Made by a program: the position numbers and the translations under genes
The notes under the pieces: model-generated
The model's database searches: none
Told to the model about the DNA's origin: nothing
The model's input: the letters and a program-made list of their open reading frames with translations, nothing else
NCBI GenBank assembly: GCA_965195345.1
Contig: OZ239628.1
Location: forward strand, 96,001 to 160,000
Direction: 5' to 3'
Length of the DNA: 64,000 nt
From: an uncultured Thiomicrospira sp.
GTDB taxonomy: Bacteria; Pseudomonadota; Gammaproteobacteria; CAKMZV01
In this document: in pieces, positions 43,265 to 53,381 of the stretch
How positions within the stretch are numbered: position 1 is the first letter of the stretch
Layout: each line of letters begins with the position of its first letter

Positions 43265-43900
43265 ATGCCTTCACCAATAATTATTGAAACAACTAAAGAG
43301 CATCAGCACTCCGTAATCTGGCTGCATGGACTTGGCGCCGATGCGTCTGATTTTGAACCCATCATCCCCATGTTGAAGAATAGTAATCAAGGACAGATTC
43401 GCTGGATATTCCCATATGCCCCTGTAGCACCCGTCACTATAAACAACAAAGAGGTGATGCCTTCGTGGTTTGACATCTCTTCCATGGATATAAAAGAAGG
43501 AACTAATATGGATGATGTGGTTGACAGCGCATCATCCATTGCACAATTAATTGACTCCGAAGTTGAATCTCTTAAAAGCGCATCAAAAGTACACCTTGTT
43601 GGATTTTCTCAAGGCGGCGTCGTTGTGCTTGAAGCTGCCCAATTAAGATCCGTTGGCAGTGTGCTTGCATTGTCGTCTTTTCATCCCAACGCACCAGCGT
43701 TAACATTTGATACGAAAACCTCAATTGCAGTAATGCATGGGAAGTTTGATACGATCATTCCCCTGACCGATGCACAATCAACACATCTGGCAATTTGCAG
43801 GAATACTCCAGCACAATGGTTCAGCTTTAACATGGGGCATGAGCTTTGTGTCGAACAAATTGAGGAAATTGACCGGTGGTTCAAAAAAGTCTGCCAATAA
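43265..43900 (+). CDS. Carboxylesterase/phospholipase (alpha/beta hydrolase)
   Basis: [20 protein letters not shown] nucleophile elbow, HG..D, MGH. Confidence 0.9.
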   Translation: MPSPIIIETTKEHQHSVIWLHGLGADASDFEPIIPMLKNSNQGQIRWIFPYAPVAPVTINNKEVMPSWFDISSMDIKEGTNMDDVVDSASSIAQLIDSEVESLKSASKVHLVGFSQGGVVVLEAAQLRSVGSVLALSSFHPNAPALTFDTKTSIAVMHGKFDTIIPLTDAQSTHLAICRNTPAQWFSFNMGHELCVEQIEEIDRWFKKVCQ

Positions 43901-43990
43901 CTGCTAATGAAGCATGCGTATAAATGCGCATTAAAGCGTGACTATAATTTGGTAAAATGATTGTTTTCTAACTTTAAACCTATTTAATAT

Positions 43991-44578
43991 ATGCGTACAG
44001 CATCCATTCAGCGTGAAACAACTGAAACTAAAATCAGTATTGAGTTAAATGTTGACGGCACTGGTCAATCAAATATCAATACGGGAGTCGGATTTTTCGA
44101 CCACATGCTTGATCAGGTATGCAAACATGGAATGCTCGACCTGTCTATTCATTGTGAAGGCGACCACACTATTGACGATCATCATTCTGTAGAAGATGTC
44201 GGCATTGCATTTGGGATGGCCTTAAATCAAGCAGTTGGTGAAAAGCTTGGTATCTATCGATATGGTCACTCCTATGTGCCACTTGATGAAGCGCTATCTC
44301 GTGTTGTTATTGACTTTTCAGGACGCCCATTGTCGGTTTTTTCAGCCAACTTCAATGTCTCAAAAATAGGAACTTTCGATGTGCAGTTGGTAGAGGAGTT
44401 TTTTCAATCTTTCGCTAGCAATGCGCGCGTTACTTTACACGCCAGCTCTATATCCGGCAATAACGCCCATCATATTGCTGAAACGTTATTCAAAGCACTC
44501 GGCAAAGCAATTCGTTTTGCTTTAACGCACGACGTCCAGAACAAGGATCAAGTCCCGTCAACTAAAGGCTGTCTGTAG
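43991..44578 (+). CDS. hisB: Imidazoleglycerol-phosphate dehydratase (monofunctional)
   Basis: RETTET, FFDHML, DDHHSVED, PLDEAL, NAHHIAE, PSTKG. Confidence 0.97.
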   Translation: MRTASIQRETTETKISIELNVDGTGQSNINTGVGFFDHMLDQVCKHGMLDLSIHCEGDHTIDDHHSVEDVGIAFGMALNQAVGEKLGIYRYGHSYVPLDEALSRVVIDFSGRPLSVFSANFNVSKIGTFDVQLVEEFFQSFASNARVTLHASSISGNNAHHIAETLFKALGKAIRFALTHDVQNKDQVPSTKGCL

Positions 44579-44583
44579 CTTGA

Positions 44584-45192
44584 ATGAAAACCATCGTCAT
44601 TATTGACTACGAGTCTGGAAACTTGCATTCTGTTGAGCGCGCAGCAAAACACGTTAGCAAGCACCCTATTTTGCTAAGCAACAATCCCAAAATAATTGCT
44701 GAGGCTGATGCGGTCATTTTCCCAGGTCAAGGTGCTGCAAAGCAGTGTATGTCAGCGATTGCTACCAAGCAATTGACTGATAGTATCACCGATGCTGCTA
44801 AAAACAAACCTTTCTTCGGAATATGTATGGGTTTACAAGTGCTGATGGACTATAGTCAGGAGGACGGCTATGTTGAAGGGCTAGGCGTTATAAAAGGGTC
44901 CGTTTGTAGACTCACTTCTGATAGACTAAAAATTCCTCATATGGGTTGGAATCAAATTCAACAAAGAGATCATCCTCTTTGGCACGGAATCGAAAATAAT
45001 GCTTATTTCTATTTCGTTCATAGCTATTTCATCGCTCCTGATAACGATGCCGTAATCACAGGCACATGTCATTATGGTGAAGAATTTTGTTGCTCCATTG
45101 GTCATAAGCAATTATTCGGCATACAAGCCCACCCTGAAAAAAGTGGTTCAGCAGGGCTTCAACTACTATCCAACTTTTGTAACCAAATATGA
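44584..45192 (+). CDS. hisH: Imidazole glycerol phosphate synthase glutaminase subunit
   Basis: GNLHSV, PGQG, GICMG, PHMGWN, YFVHSY, HPEKS. Confidence 0.96.
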   Translation: MKTIVIIDYESGNLHSVERAAKHVSKHPILLSNNPKIIAEADAVIFPGQGAAKQCMSAIATKQLTDSITDAAKNKPFFGICMGLQVLMDYSQEDGYVEGLGVIKGSVCRLTSDRLKIPHMGWNQIQQRDHPLWHGIENNAYFYFVHSYFIAPDNDAVITGTCHYGEEFCCSIGHKQLFGIQAHPEKSGSAGLQLLSNFCNQI

Positions 45193-45923
45193 TTGTCATT
45201 CCTGCTATAGATATTAAAGAAGGACAATGTGTCCGATTAAAACGCGGCGATATGAATCAAGCCGATGTCTATGGAAATGATGCGCTGGCAGTTGCTCAAC
45301 GATGGGCTGATTCGGGCGCGAAACGTTTGCACATGGTTGATTTAGACGGTGCTTTTGCGGCAAAACCGATGAATCAAGACATTATTTTTCGAGTTAAACA
45401 AGCTTTGCCTAACTTGCCTTTACAGGTTGGAGGAGGCATTCGTGACGAACAAACGTTATCTACGTACTTTGATGCCGGCATTGATTGGTGCATCATGGGC
45501 ACCAAAGCGATTGAATCTTTTGACTTCTTAGAATACATTGCGGACAAATACCCTCAAAAAATCATTCTCGGCATTGATGCTCGTAACGGAATGGTTGCCA
45601 CTGACGGTTGGGCAGAAGTCTCAAATATAAGTGCGATTGAGCTTGCTATGAAATGCTCTAAGTTGCCTCTTGCAGCTATTGTTTATACTGATATTTCCCG
45701 CGACGGAATGCTTTCAGGCGTAAATGTTGACGCAACGCATGCTATAGCGAAAGCGACCACTTGTGGGGTTATTGCTTCTGGAGGGGTGAAAAACTTAGAA
45801 GATATAAAACTGCTTGCCCCTCATTATAAGGATGGCATTATTGGTGCAATAGCAGGTCGTGCTATCTATACAGGTGATTTAGACCTTTTTGAAGCACAAC
45901 AACTTGCAGATCAATTATGTTAA
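45189..45923 (+). CDS. hisA: ProFAR isomerase
   Basis: [39 protein letters not shown]. Confidence 0.96.
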   Translation: MIVIPAIDIKEGQCVRLKRGDMNQADVYGNDALAVAQRWADSGAKRLHMVDLDGAFAAKPMNQDIIFRVKQALPNLPLQVGGGIRDEQTLSTYFDAGIDWCIMGTKAIESFDFLEYIADKYPQKIILGIDARNGMVATDGWAEVSNISAIELAMKCSKLPLAAIVYTDISRDGMLSGVNVDATHAIAKATTCGVIASGGVKNLEDIKLLAPHYKDGIIGAIAGRAIYTGDLDLFEAQQLADQLC

Positions 45924-46675
45924 CCACACGCATCATTCCTTGTCTGGATGTTGATAACGGTCGCGTTGTCAAAGGAGTAAATTTCGTTAACCTAATAGAT
46001 GCGGGGGATCCTGTAGAAATTGCTGCAAAATACTATGATATGGGAGCCGATGAAATTACATTTCTTGATATAACCGCATCTTGTGATAATCGCAATACTA
46101 TGGTAGATATGGTTAGTAACGTCGCGGAACAAGTTTTTATCCCGCTAACTGTTGGAGGAGGCGTTCGTAATTTGCAAGATATCAAAAAAATACTACGTGC
46201 AGGAGCTGATAAGGTCTCAATAAATACTGCTGCAATAACAACGCCTACTTTAATAAAAGAGGCTGTGGACCACTTTGGCACACAATGCATAGTCGTAGCC
46301 ATAGATGCACGCAAAGTCGGAGAGAATCGTTGGGAAGTATATACGCATGGCGGGCGTAATCCAACGGGTATAGATGCTTTAGAATGGGCAAAGAAAATGG
46401 CTCACTTTGGAGCTGGTGAACTGCTGGTAACAAGTATGGATCGAGATGGCACAAAGCAGGGATTCGATCTTGAACTTTACATGGAAATTAGCAAGAACGT
46501 ACCTATCCCGTTAATTGCCTCTGGTGGCGTTGGGAGTTTACAGCATTTAGTAGATGGTGCTAAGATAGGCTTGGCAGATGCCGTATTGGCAGCCAGTATT
46601 TTCCATTTTGGGCAACATACAATTTCCGAAGCGAAGCAAGTCATGCACGACAACGGAATTCCAATCAGACAGTAA
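45917..46675 (+). CDS. hisF: Imidazole glycerol phosphate synthase cyclase subunit
   Basis: [38 protein letters not shown]. Confidence 0.97.
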   Translation: MLTTRIIPCLDVDNGRVVKGVNFVNLIDAGDPVEIAAKYYDMGADEITFLDITASCDNRNTMVDMVSNVAEQVFIPLTVGGGVRNLQDIKKILRAGADKVSINTAAITTPTLIKEAVDHFGTQCIVVAIDARKVGENRWEVYTHGGRNPTGIDALEWAKKMAHFGAGELLVTSMDRDGTKQGFDLELYMEISKNVPIPLIASGGVGSLQHLVDGAKIGLADAVLAASIFHFGQHTISEAKQVMHDNGIPIRQ

Positions 46676-46676
46676 C

Positions 46677-47195
46677 ATGAAAACAATCGGATTGTTTTTC
46701 GGCACCGACACTGGTAATAGTGAACGTATTGCTGAAGAGATTAAAGAGTATTTATCAGAAAAAGCGCATGTTGAATTGCATGATCTTGCTCAGACTAGTG
46801 TAGAGGATTTTTCTCCTTACGAATACATTATTCTAAGTCATCCTACTTGGTACTATGGTGAATTACAAAGTCATTGGGAAGACTTTTGGGAAAGCTTTAA
46901 AGAAGTGCGCTTTGAAGGAAAAAAAATAGCATGTATGGGTCTTGGCGACCAGTACGATTACGCCGATTATTTTGTTGATGCGATGGGCTTAACCCACGAC
47001 ATAGCCCTCGCCAATGGTGCCACACCATGTGGTTATACTTCAACAGAGGGCTACGATTTTGAAAAATCAAAGGCCACCACAGAAGATGGCGATTTTTTTG
47101 TAGGTCTTGCTCTTGATGAAGACCAGCAACCTGAGCTTACTGATACACGTTTGCATAACTGGCTCGAACAAGTTGCTGAAGAGTTTGACTTATAA
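46677..47195 (+). CDS. fldA: Long-chain flavodoxin
   Basis: IGLFFGTDTGNSE, PTWYYGELQ, GLGDQYDY..YF.DA, FVGLALDEDQQ; ATG at 46677. Confidence 0.93.
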   Translation: MKTIGLFFGTDTGNSERIAEEIKEYLSEKAHVELHDLAQTSVEDFSPYEYIILSHPTWYYGELQSHWEDFWESFKEVRFEGKKIACMGLGDQYDYADYFVDAMGLTHDIALANGATPCGYTSTEGYDFEKSKATTEDGDFFVGLALDEDQQPELTDTRLHNWLEQVAEEFDL

Positions 47196-48482
47196 ATGAC
47201 GCCCTCTTCAACACGCCTGATTGAGCGTGATAGTCAATACGTAATTCATCCTTACGCTCCTCCAGCAGGACACCTCTCTTTCCCCCCATTACCTGTTTCT
47301 CATACAAATGGATGCAAGATTATCCTTGAGGATGGTAGCGAACTCATTGATGCCATGTCTTCTTGGTGGGGGACCATTCATGGGTATAACCACCCGCATC
47401 TTCTAAAGGCAGTCCAATATCAGCTTAACAAGATGCCGCATGTCATGTTTGGGGGACTTACTCATGAACCCGCTGTCGCCCTTGCTGAAAAATTGGTGAA
47501 GGTAATGCCCGATAACCTTAAGCGTGTATTTTTTGCAGACAGTGGATCGGTCGCAGTTGAGGTCGCTATTAAAATAGCTCTGCAGTACTGGCAATCTAAG
47601 GGCACTCCTCGTAACACACTATTAACTGTGCGTGGTGGTTACCACGGTGACACCTTTGGTGCAATGGCGGTTTGCGATCCGATTAATGGGATGCATTCAC
47701 ATTTTTCTGGCGTACTTTGTAAACATCTATTTGCCCCAAGACCTTACGCTATTGACGATGAAAATACGGATGATATCGATGCTTTCAAAGCAATTATTCA
47801 TAAACACCGCAATGAAATCGCAGCCGTTATATTAGAACCTATTTTGCAAGGTGCTGGAGGAATGCATGTATACCGCAGCGAATACTTAAAAGAAGTTCGC
47901 AATATATGCGATTGCCATGGCATTTTGCTAATTGCCGATGAGATTGCTACAGGCTTTGGGCGCACTAGCATGTGGCTTGGGTGCGACCACGCCAATGTGA
48001 CACCAGATATTCTATGCCTTGGAAAAGCCTTAACTGGTGGCTTGATGAGTTTTGCTGCGACTATGATTACCGATGAAATCGCTAAAGTTGTTAGTAACGG
48101 CTCCCCTGGTTTGCTGATGCACGGACCAACCTTTATGGGGAACCCTTTGGCAAGTTCTGCCGCGCTAGCAAGCTTAGGAATACTTGAAAAAGGCGCTTGG
48201 AAAGACCAAGTAAAGTCGATTGAGAAACACTTACAACATAGCCTTCTCCCATTGAAATGTGATGAAAATGTTGTCGATGTTCGCGTCATTGGCGCTGTGG
48301 GAGTTGTTGAGCTCAAGCAAGCGATACCGCCTAATATATTAACACCCATACTCTTAAAAAATGGTGTTTGGCTACGTCCTTTCAACCGCTTACTCTATAC
48401 AATGCCTCCTTATGTGATTCAGAAAGAAGAGCTGAAGAAAATAACGGATACTATTACTTTGCTTGCGAAAAATAGTCTTTAA
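47196..48482 (+). CDS. bioA: Adenosylmethionine--8-amino-7-oxononanoate aminotransferase
   Basis: DAMSSWW, HVMFGG, DSGSVAVEVA.K, YHGDT, DEIATGFGR, LGKALTGG, HGPTFMGNP, LRPF...Y.MPP. Confidence 0.95.
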   Translation: MTPSSTRLIERDSQYVIHPYAPPAGHLSFPPLPVSHTNGCKIILEDGSELIDAMSSWWGTIHGYNHPHLLKAVQYQLNKMPHVMFGGLTHEPAVALAEKLVKVMPDNLKRVFFADSGSVAVEVAIKIALQYWQSKGTPRNTLLTVRGGYHGDTFGAMAVCDPINGMHSHFSGVLCKHLFAPRPYAIDDENTDDIDAFKAIIHKHRNEIAAVILEPILQGAGGMHVYRSEYLKEVRNICDCHGILLIADEIATGFGRTSMWLGCDHANVTPDILCLGKALTGGLMSFAATMITDEIAKVVSNGSPGLLMHGPTFMGNPLASSAALASLGILEKGAWKDQVKSIEKHLQHSLLPLKCDENVVDVRVIGAVGVVELKQAIPPNILTPILLKNGVWLRPFNRLLYTMPPYVIQKEELKKITDTITLLAKNSL

Positions 48483-48630
48483 CGCCCCAAAACGGACAAG
48501 ACTCTCTCAAAATTAAAGCAACCAATAACGACTGCTTAGCAGGGCACTATAAGCATGCCGGCTTCTCGCATGACTTATGATCATCCAAATTCGTTTTGAA
48601 TGTTAAACTGTTTAACAAAAATTAGGATTT

Positions 48631-49059
48631 ATGGTAAGCATCGTGCAAAGAATTGCCTCAGATAGCGTAGAAGTAAACGATAATACTATACATCGATTGG
48701 GACGGACTCGTGTCTTTAACGGCATTGGAACAGGATGATAATATAGAAATCGTTCATTACATATAAAACGATTGATACAATACAGAATGTTTCCCGACAT
48801 TGACAAAAAATGAACCATGCTTTTGTAGATGTAGGTGCAGGCTACTTATTGTGTCGCAGTTTAACTGATACTTCTAAAGGCTTACACCAAAGTTTTAATA
48901 GATGTGCGCATCCCCAAAAAGCACAACCCTTATTTGAAACAGCAATTGAGACGGTTCAGAACTCTGGAGTACACGTTGAATCTGGTTTGTTTGGACAACA
49001 TATGCGTGTTCAGTTGATACACGATTGACCCAGTAACTTTTATATTTAATGCACAGTAA
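48631..49059 (+). pseudogene. dtd: D-aminoacyl-tRNA deacylase pseudogene (several frameshifts and stops)
   Basis: Segments in different frames: MVSIVQRIASDSVEV; GLVSLTALEQDD; KRLIQYRMFPD; MN...; DTSKGLHQSF...ESGLFGQHMRVQLIHD; PVTFIF-stop. Collinear with Dtd motifs (QRV..A.V, YRIF.D..GKMN, DT.KG.RPSF, G.F.A.M.V.L.NDGPVT) over about 143 codons. Confidence 0.85.
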
Positions 49060-49060
49060 A

Positions 49061-51391
49061 ATGACAAATTTAGTTATCGTCGAATCTCCGGCAAAAGCCA
49101 AAACAATAGAAAAATATCTTGGCAAAGACTTTTCTGTCATTTCATCCTTTGGACACATCAGAGACCTTGATAAAAAAGGGATGGGGATTGATATAGAAAA
49201 TAATTTCACCCCCATGTATTCTGTATCTCCTGGCAGCACGAAGCATGTTAGTGCCATAAAGAAGCAGCTGAAAAAATCTGAAACAGTCTGGCTCGCGACA
49301 GACGAAGACAGAGAAGGTGAAGCCATAGCATGGCATCTATACGATGAACTAAAACTCACCGATTCAAATACGCGAAGAATAACCTTTAATGAAATTACCA
49401 AAGAAGCCATCCTTCACGCAGTAGCACATCCTCGGATGATTGACTTAGATTTAGTGAACGCCCAGCAAGCTCGTAGAGTTATTGATAGATTAGTAGGTTT
49501 CAAGCTCTCCCCTGTTTTATGGAAAAAAATTCAACGAGGGCTATCTGCTGGGCGTGTGCAATCTGTAGCAGTGCGATTGGTTGTAGAAAAAGAACGCAAA
49601 ATTCAGCAATTTCAGTCAGTCTCAAACTTCCAAATAGAAGCAAATTTAAAGTCTGGATCAGAAGAAATGAAAGCCCATTATCCCGATACTATTAATAGTA
49701 AGGAAGCGGTTTTGCCATTTTTTAATCAAATTCAGTCAACTCAATGGACGGTAGGAAAAATTAACCGCAAAGTTTCAAAGCGCTCTCCTCAACCGCCATT
49801 TACTACATCAAGCTTGCAACAAACCGCTTCAAGCATGTTTGGTTTTTCAGTGAAAAAAACCATGGTATTAGCTCAAAAACTGTATGAAGCTGGCTATATA
49901 ACCTATATGCGAACTGATTCTGTTACCTTATCAAGTCAAGCGCATGAACAAATAAAAAAAGGCATTTTTAAAAGGTTCGGTGATGAATACTATCAACATC
50001 GTCTTTATAAGACCAAACAGGGAAATGCTCAAGAAGCTCATGAGGCAATACGCCCAACGGATTTTGACTTCGATATGAAGACTGGCGACAGTGGCGAAAA
50101 AAAACTATACCGCCTCATTCTTGAAAGAACGTTGGCATCTCAAATGTCGGATGCAAAGATTAATCGAACTGAAATAAATATTGATGCTGGTGTGGAAAAA
50201 CCTTTTATTTGTAAAGGAGAAGAGGTCGTTTTTGATGGTTTTATGCACTTGACAGGTAGAGGCAGTAAGAACATTATATTGCCTTCCCTAAAACAAGGCG
50301 ATCACCTACAAATGCAATCCGTTCAAGCTCGCGAGCGTTTCAGTCGTCCATCCGCACGCTACAGTGAAGCAACTCTTGTGAAAGCGTTAGAAGAGCTTGG
50401 CATTGGCAGACCCTCTACATACGCACCGACCATATCCACCATTCAAGAAAGAGGGTATGTAGAAGTCAGAGATTTAGAGGCACAATCAAGAGAAATTCAG
50501 ATTATTGAGTTGTCAGGCGAAGGGATATCTGAAACCGTTGAAAATGAAAAATTTGGTTCCGAGCAAGCTCGAATGATTCCAACGGCAGTTGCAGAGTTAG
50601 TGACAGATTTTCTCATAGAACATGCAGAAAGCATTGTTGATGTTCAGTTCACTGCTAAACTTGAAGCAAAGTTTGACAAAATTGCCAGTGGGAAAGAATC
50701 TTGGGGAAACATGGTCTCTAATTTCTATTCAACATTTCATCCCATGGTTGATCATGCAAGCCAAGCTCAAAGGCCAAGCGAGACAACGGCCCGATTGATT
50801 GGAACGCACCCAAAACTGGAAAAACCACTTTATGCAAAAATTGGCAGATACGGTCCTTATGTTCAAGTTGGTGAAAACCCAACAGATGAAGAGCCTTCTG
50901 AAAAGCCTTTATATGCAAGTCTAAGAAAAAATCAAAACATAAATACGATTTCTCTTGAAGAGGCGCTTAAATTATTTGACCTACCAAGAGAGCTCGGTAC
51001 TTTGGATAAAGATATACATCATGTTGCGATTGATGGGAGCACGTTTAATGCAGAGAAAGGAGTAACCATTTATGCTAATATTGGTCGATTTGGTCCCTAC
51101 CTTCAATACGGCACACGTTCATACGCATCATTAAAAAAAGATCATCCCTCTCCTGAAGAGATAACACTTGAAAGGGCTACAGAGATTATTGATGAAAAGT
51201 TAGCAGCTGATGCTAAAAAACACATTGCAGTCTACGGAGACATCTATGCAATGAAAGGGCCTTACGGTTTTTATCTTAAACAAGGCAGAAAGAATTTCAA
51301 AATATCGCAAGATATGGACCCACAAAACTTATCAGCGCAGGATATTGAGAAAATTTTGACGCAAACTCGCAAAAAAGGGAGAAAAAAATGA
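49061..51391 (+). CDS. topA: DNA topoisomerase I (type IA) with C-terminal GRF/YGPY repeats, no zinc ribbons
   Basis: [56 protein letters not shown]; GRYGPY/GRFGPY/GPYG repeats. Confidence 0.96.
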   Translation: MTNLVIVESPAKAKTIEKYLGKDFSVISSFGHIRDLDKKGMGIDIENNFTPMYSVSPGSTKHVSAIKKQLKKSETVWLATDEDREGEAIAWHLYDELKLTDSNTRRITFNEITKEAILHAVAHPRMIDLDLVNAQQARRVIDRLVGFKLSPVLWKKIQRGLSAGRVQSVAVRLVVEKERKIQQFQSVSNFQIEANLKSGSEEMKAHYPDTINSKEAVLPFFNQIQSTQWTVGKINRKVSKRSPQPPFTTSSLQQTASSMFGFSVKKTMVLAQKLYEAGYITYMRTDSVTLSSQAHEQIKKGIFKRFGDEYYQHRLYKTKQGNAQEAHEAIRPTDFDFDMKTGDSGEKKLYRLILERTLASQMSDAKINRTEINIDAGVEKPFICKGEEVVFDGFMHLTGRGSKNIILPSLKQGDHLQMQSVQARERFSRPSARYSEATLVKALEELGIGRPSTYAPTISTIQERGYVEVRDLEAQSREIQIIELSGEGISETVENEKFGSEQARMIPTAVAELVTDFLIEHAESIVDVQFTAKLEAKFDKIASGKESWGNMVSNFYSTFHPMVDHASQAQRPSETTARLIGTHPKLEKPLYAKIGRYGPYVQVGENPTDEEPSEKPLYASLRKNQNINTISLEEALKLFDLPRELGTLDKDIHHVAIDGSTFNAEKGVTIYANIGRFGPYLQYGTRSYASLKKDHPSPEEITLERATEIIDEKLAADAKKHIAVYGDIYAMKGPYGFYLKQGRKNFKISQDMDPQNLSAQDIEKILTQTRKKGRKK

Positions 51392-51894
51392 ATGAACAGC
51401 GTTTTGTTTCTATTTTAATGGGATCGGATTCAGATTGGCCCGTAATGCAAAAAACGCAATCGGTACTGAAAAAACTACAGATAACTTGTGAAGTAAGAGT
51501 TCTTTCAGCACATAGGACTCCTGAACAAACTGTTGAGTACATAAAAGATGCGGAAAAAAGAGGAGCGTGTGTTTTTATTTCAGCAGCTGGAATGGCAGCA
51601 CATCTTGCTGGTGCTACGGCGGCGGCAACTACGCGCCCTGTAATAGGCGTTCCGCTAAATGCGGGAAGTCTTGGTGGATTTGATGCATTACTATCGACTG
51701 TTCAAATGCCAAGCGGCATTCCTGTAGCAACGGTTGCTATCGGCTCAGCAGGCGCGGAAAATGCCGCATATTTAGCTGCACAAATACTTGCGTTATCTGA
51801 TAATTCTTTGGCTGAAAAAATAAAACACGTCCGTGCTGAAAATGTGAAGAAAGTCCTCCAAAAAAACGCTAACATACAAACAGCTCTTGATTAG
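51388..51894 (+). CDS. purE: N5-CAIR mutase
   Basis: [41 protein letters not shown]. Confidence 0.97.
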   Translation: MNEQRFVSILMGSDSDWPVMQKTQSVLKKLQITCEVRVLSAHRTPEQTVEYIKDAEKRGACVFISAAGMAAHLAGATAAATTRPVIGVPLNAGSLGGFDALLSTVQMPSGIPVATVAIGSAGAENAAYLAAQILALSDNSLAEKIKHVRAENVKKVLQKNANIQTALD

Positions 51895-51990
51895 ATTGCG
51901 CCAAAAATGCAGAATTCTGGATAAAATCGATGCTTTTCTATAAATTAATTGCAGAAATTTCAACGATATAAACAAATAAATTTAAAGTGA

Positions 51991-52019
51991 TTGTAAACTT
52001 TGATTTTATCTTCTATAAT
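51991..52019 (+). promoter_or_regulatory. Putative sigma70 promoter of ctpA
   Basis: TTGTAA-N17-TATAAT ending 12 nt before the ATG. Confidence 0.5.
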
Positions 52020-52031
52020 AATTAACTAATT

Positions 52032-53360
52032 ATGCCTAACACATTCAAAACAAAAAAACTGAAATTTCTTAGTATAGGAGTGCTTATCGGTGCTTCTCTA
52101 TGGCTATGCTTGCCCTTGCAAGTTACAGCCTCCTCAACGAATCTTCCATTAGAGGAAATTCATCGCTTAAACAACGCATTTGAAACAATTAAAGGATCCT
52201 ACGTCGATGAAATGGACGACAAAGAACTAATTAATGCTGCAATTCGCGGAATGATTAGCGACTTGGATCCCCATTCTGCATATCTTGAACCAGTCGCCTA
52301 CAAAAACTTGCGCACATCTACAAGTGGAAAGTTTGGTGGCTTAGGTATAGAGGTCACGATGGAAAACGGTTTTGTGAAGGTAGTTTCCCCCATCGACGAT
52401 ACCCCCGCATTCAAAGCTGGCGTGAAAGCTGGTGATTTAATCATTCGCTTAGACGAGTTATCAGTCAAGGGAATGAGTCTCAAAGAGGCTGTTGACATTA
52501 TGCGTGGCGAACCAGGAACAGATATTGAGTTAACTATAGTACGCGAGAACGAAGGCAAACCAATAGAAATAACGATAACTCGCGATATTATTCAAATTAC
52601 CAGTGTTCGTTCAGAAATGCTTGAAGATAATATAGTTTATATACGAATATCCCAATTCCAAGAACCAACCTCTCGGCAAATGTATGAAAAAATCAAACAA
52701 TACCAGCAAGAGAATGGCCGCATAAATGGTCTCATCCTAGATTTGAGGAACAATCCTGGCGGTGTTCTATCTGGCGCGATTGATGTTGCTGGCGCTTTTT
52801 TAGATGAAAAGGTGGTCGTTAAAACAAAAGGTCGTATTCGTAATAGCAGCGAAATTTTCAAAGCCAATCCTGGAGATTTATTGCCAAACACCCCAATAAT
52901 CGTTTTAATAAACGGGGGATCTGCGTCTGCGTCTGAAATTGTTGCCGGCGCTTTACAAGATCATCGTAGAGCTATTATTATGGGTCAAAAAAGTTTCGGT
53001 AAAGGATCTGTTCAAACCGTTATCCCTTTATCAAAAAAGTACGCGATGAAAATAACTACTTCAAGGTATTACACACCTAACGATCGCGCGATACAAGCAG
53101 AGGGCGTAACGCCTGACATAGGAATCCCTATCGTCAAAGTTACTCCTGTTGAACAAATTCAAAGATTTAAAGAGAAAGATTTGTCAGGCCACCTTGAAAA
53201 TGAACCCTCCGATGACGCTCAAAAAACAACGACTTCTAACAAAAATACTATTGAAAAGCCTGATACGTTAATTAATGCCGATAGCATAATCGAAAAAGAT
53301 TATGAACTTTCTCAAGCAATCAATACACTGAAAGCATTGGGCTTAACCCAAAGAAACTAA
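52032..53360 (+). CDS. ctpA: Carboxyl-terminal processing protease, S41 family
   Basis: Signal/TM, LDPHSAY, GGLGIEV PDZ domain, LDLRNNPGG, SASASEIVAGALQD, SFGKGSVQ, YYTP. Confidence 0.95.
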   Translation: MPNTFKTKKLKFLSIGVLIGASLWLCLPLQVTASSTNLPLEEIHRLNNAFETIKGSYVDEMDDKELINAAIRGMISDLDPHSAYLEPVAYKNLRTSTSGKFGGLGIEVTMENGFVKVVSPIDDTPAFKAGVKAGDLIIRLDELSVKGMSLKEAVDIMRGEPGTDIELTIVRENEGKPIEITITRDIIQITSVRSEMLEDNIVYIRISQFQEPTSRQMYEKIKQYQQENGRINGLILDLRNNPGGVLSGAIDVAGAFLDEKVVVKTKGRIRNSSEIFKANPGDLLPNTPIIVLINGGSASASEIVAGALQDHRRAIIMGQKSFGKGSVQTVIPLSKKYAMKITTSRYYTPNDRAIQAEGVTPDIGIPIVKVTPVEQIQRFKEKDLSGHLENEPSDDAQKTTTSNKNTIEKPDTLINADSIIEKDYELSQAINTLKALGLTQRN

Positions 53361-53381
53361 TTTTCAAATAAAGGAAGAACC

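Noticed and set aside
48483-48630. Remnant of another gene upstream of dtd
   Set aside because: No convincing motif could be read in any frame
48810-49028. 72-aa ORF as an independent small gene
   Set aside because: It is one frame of the dtd pseudogene
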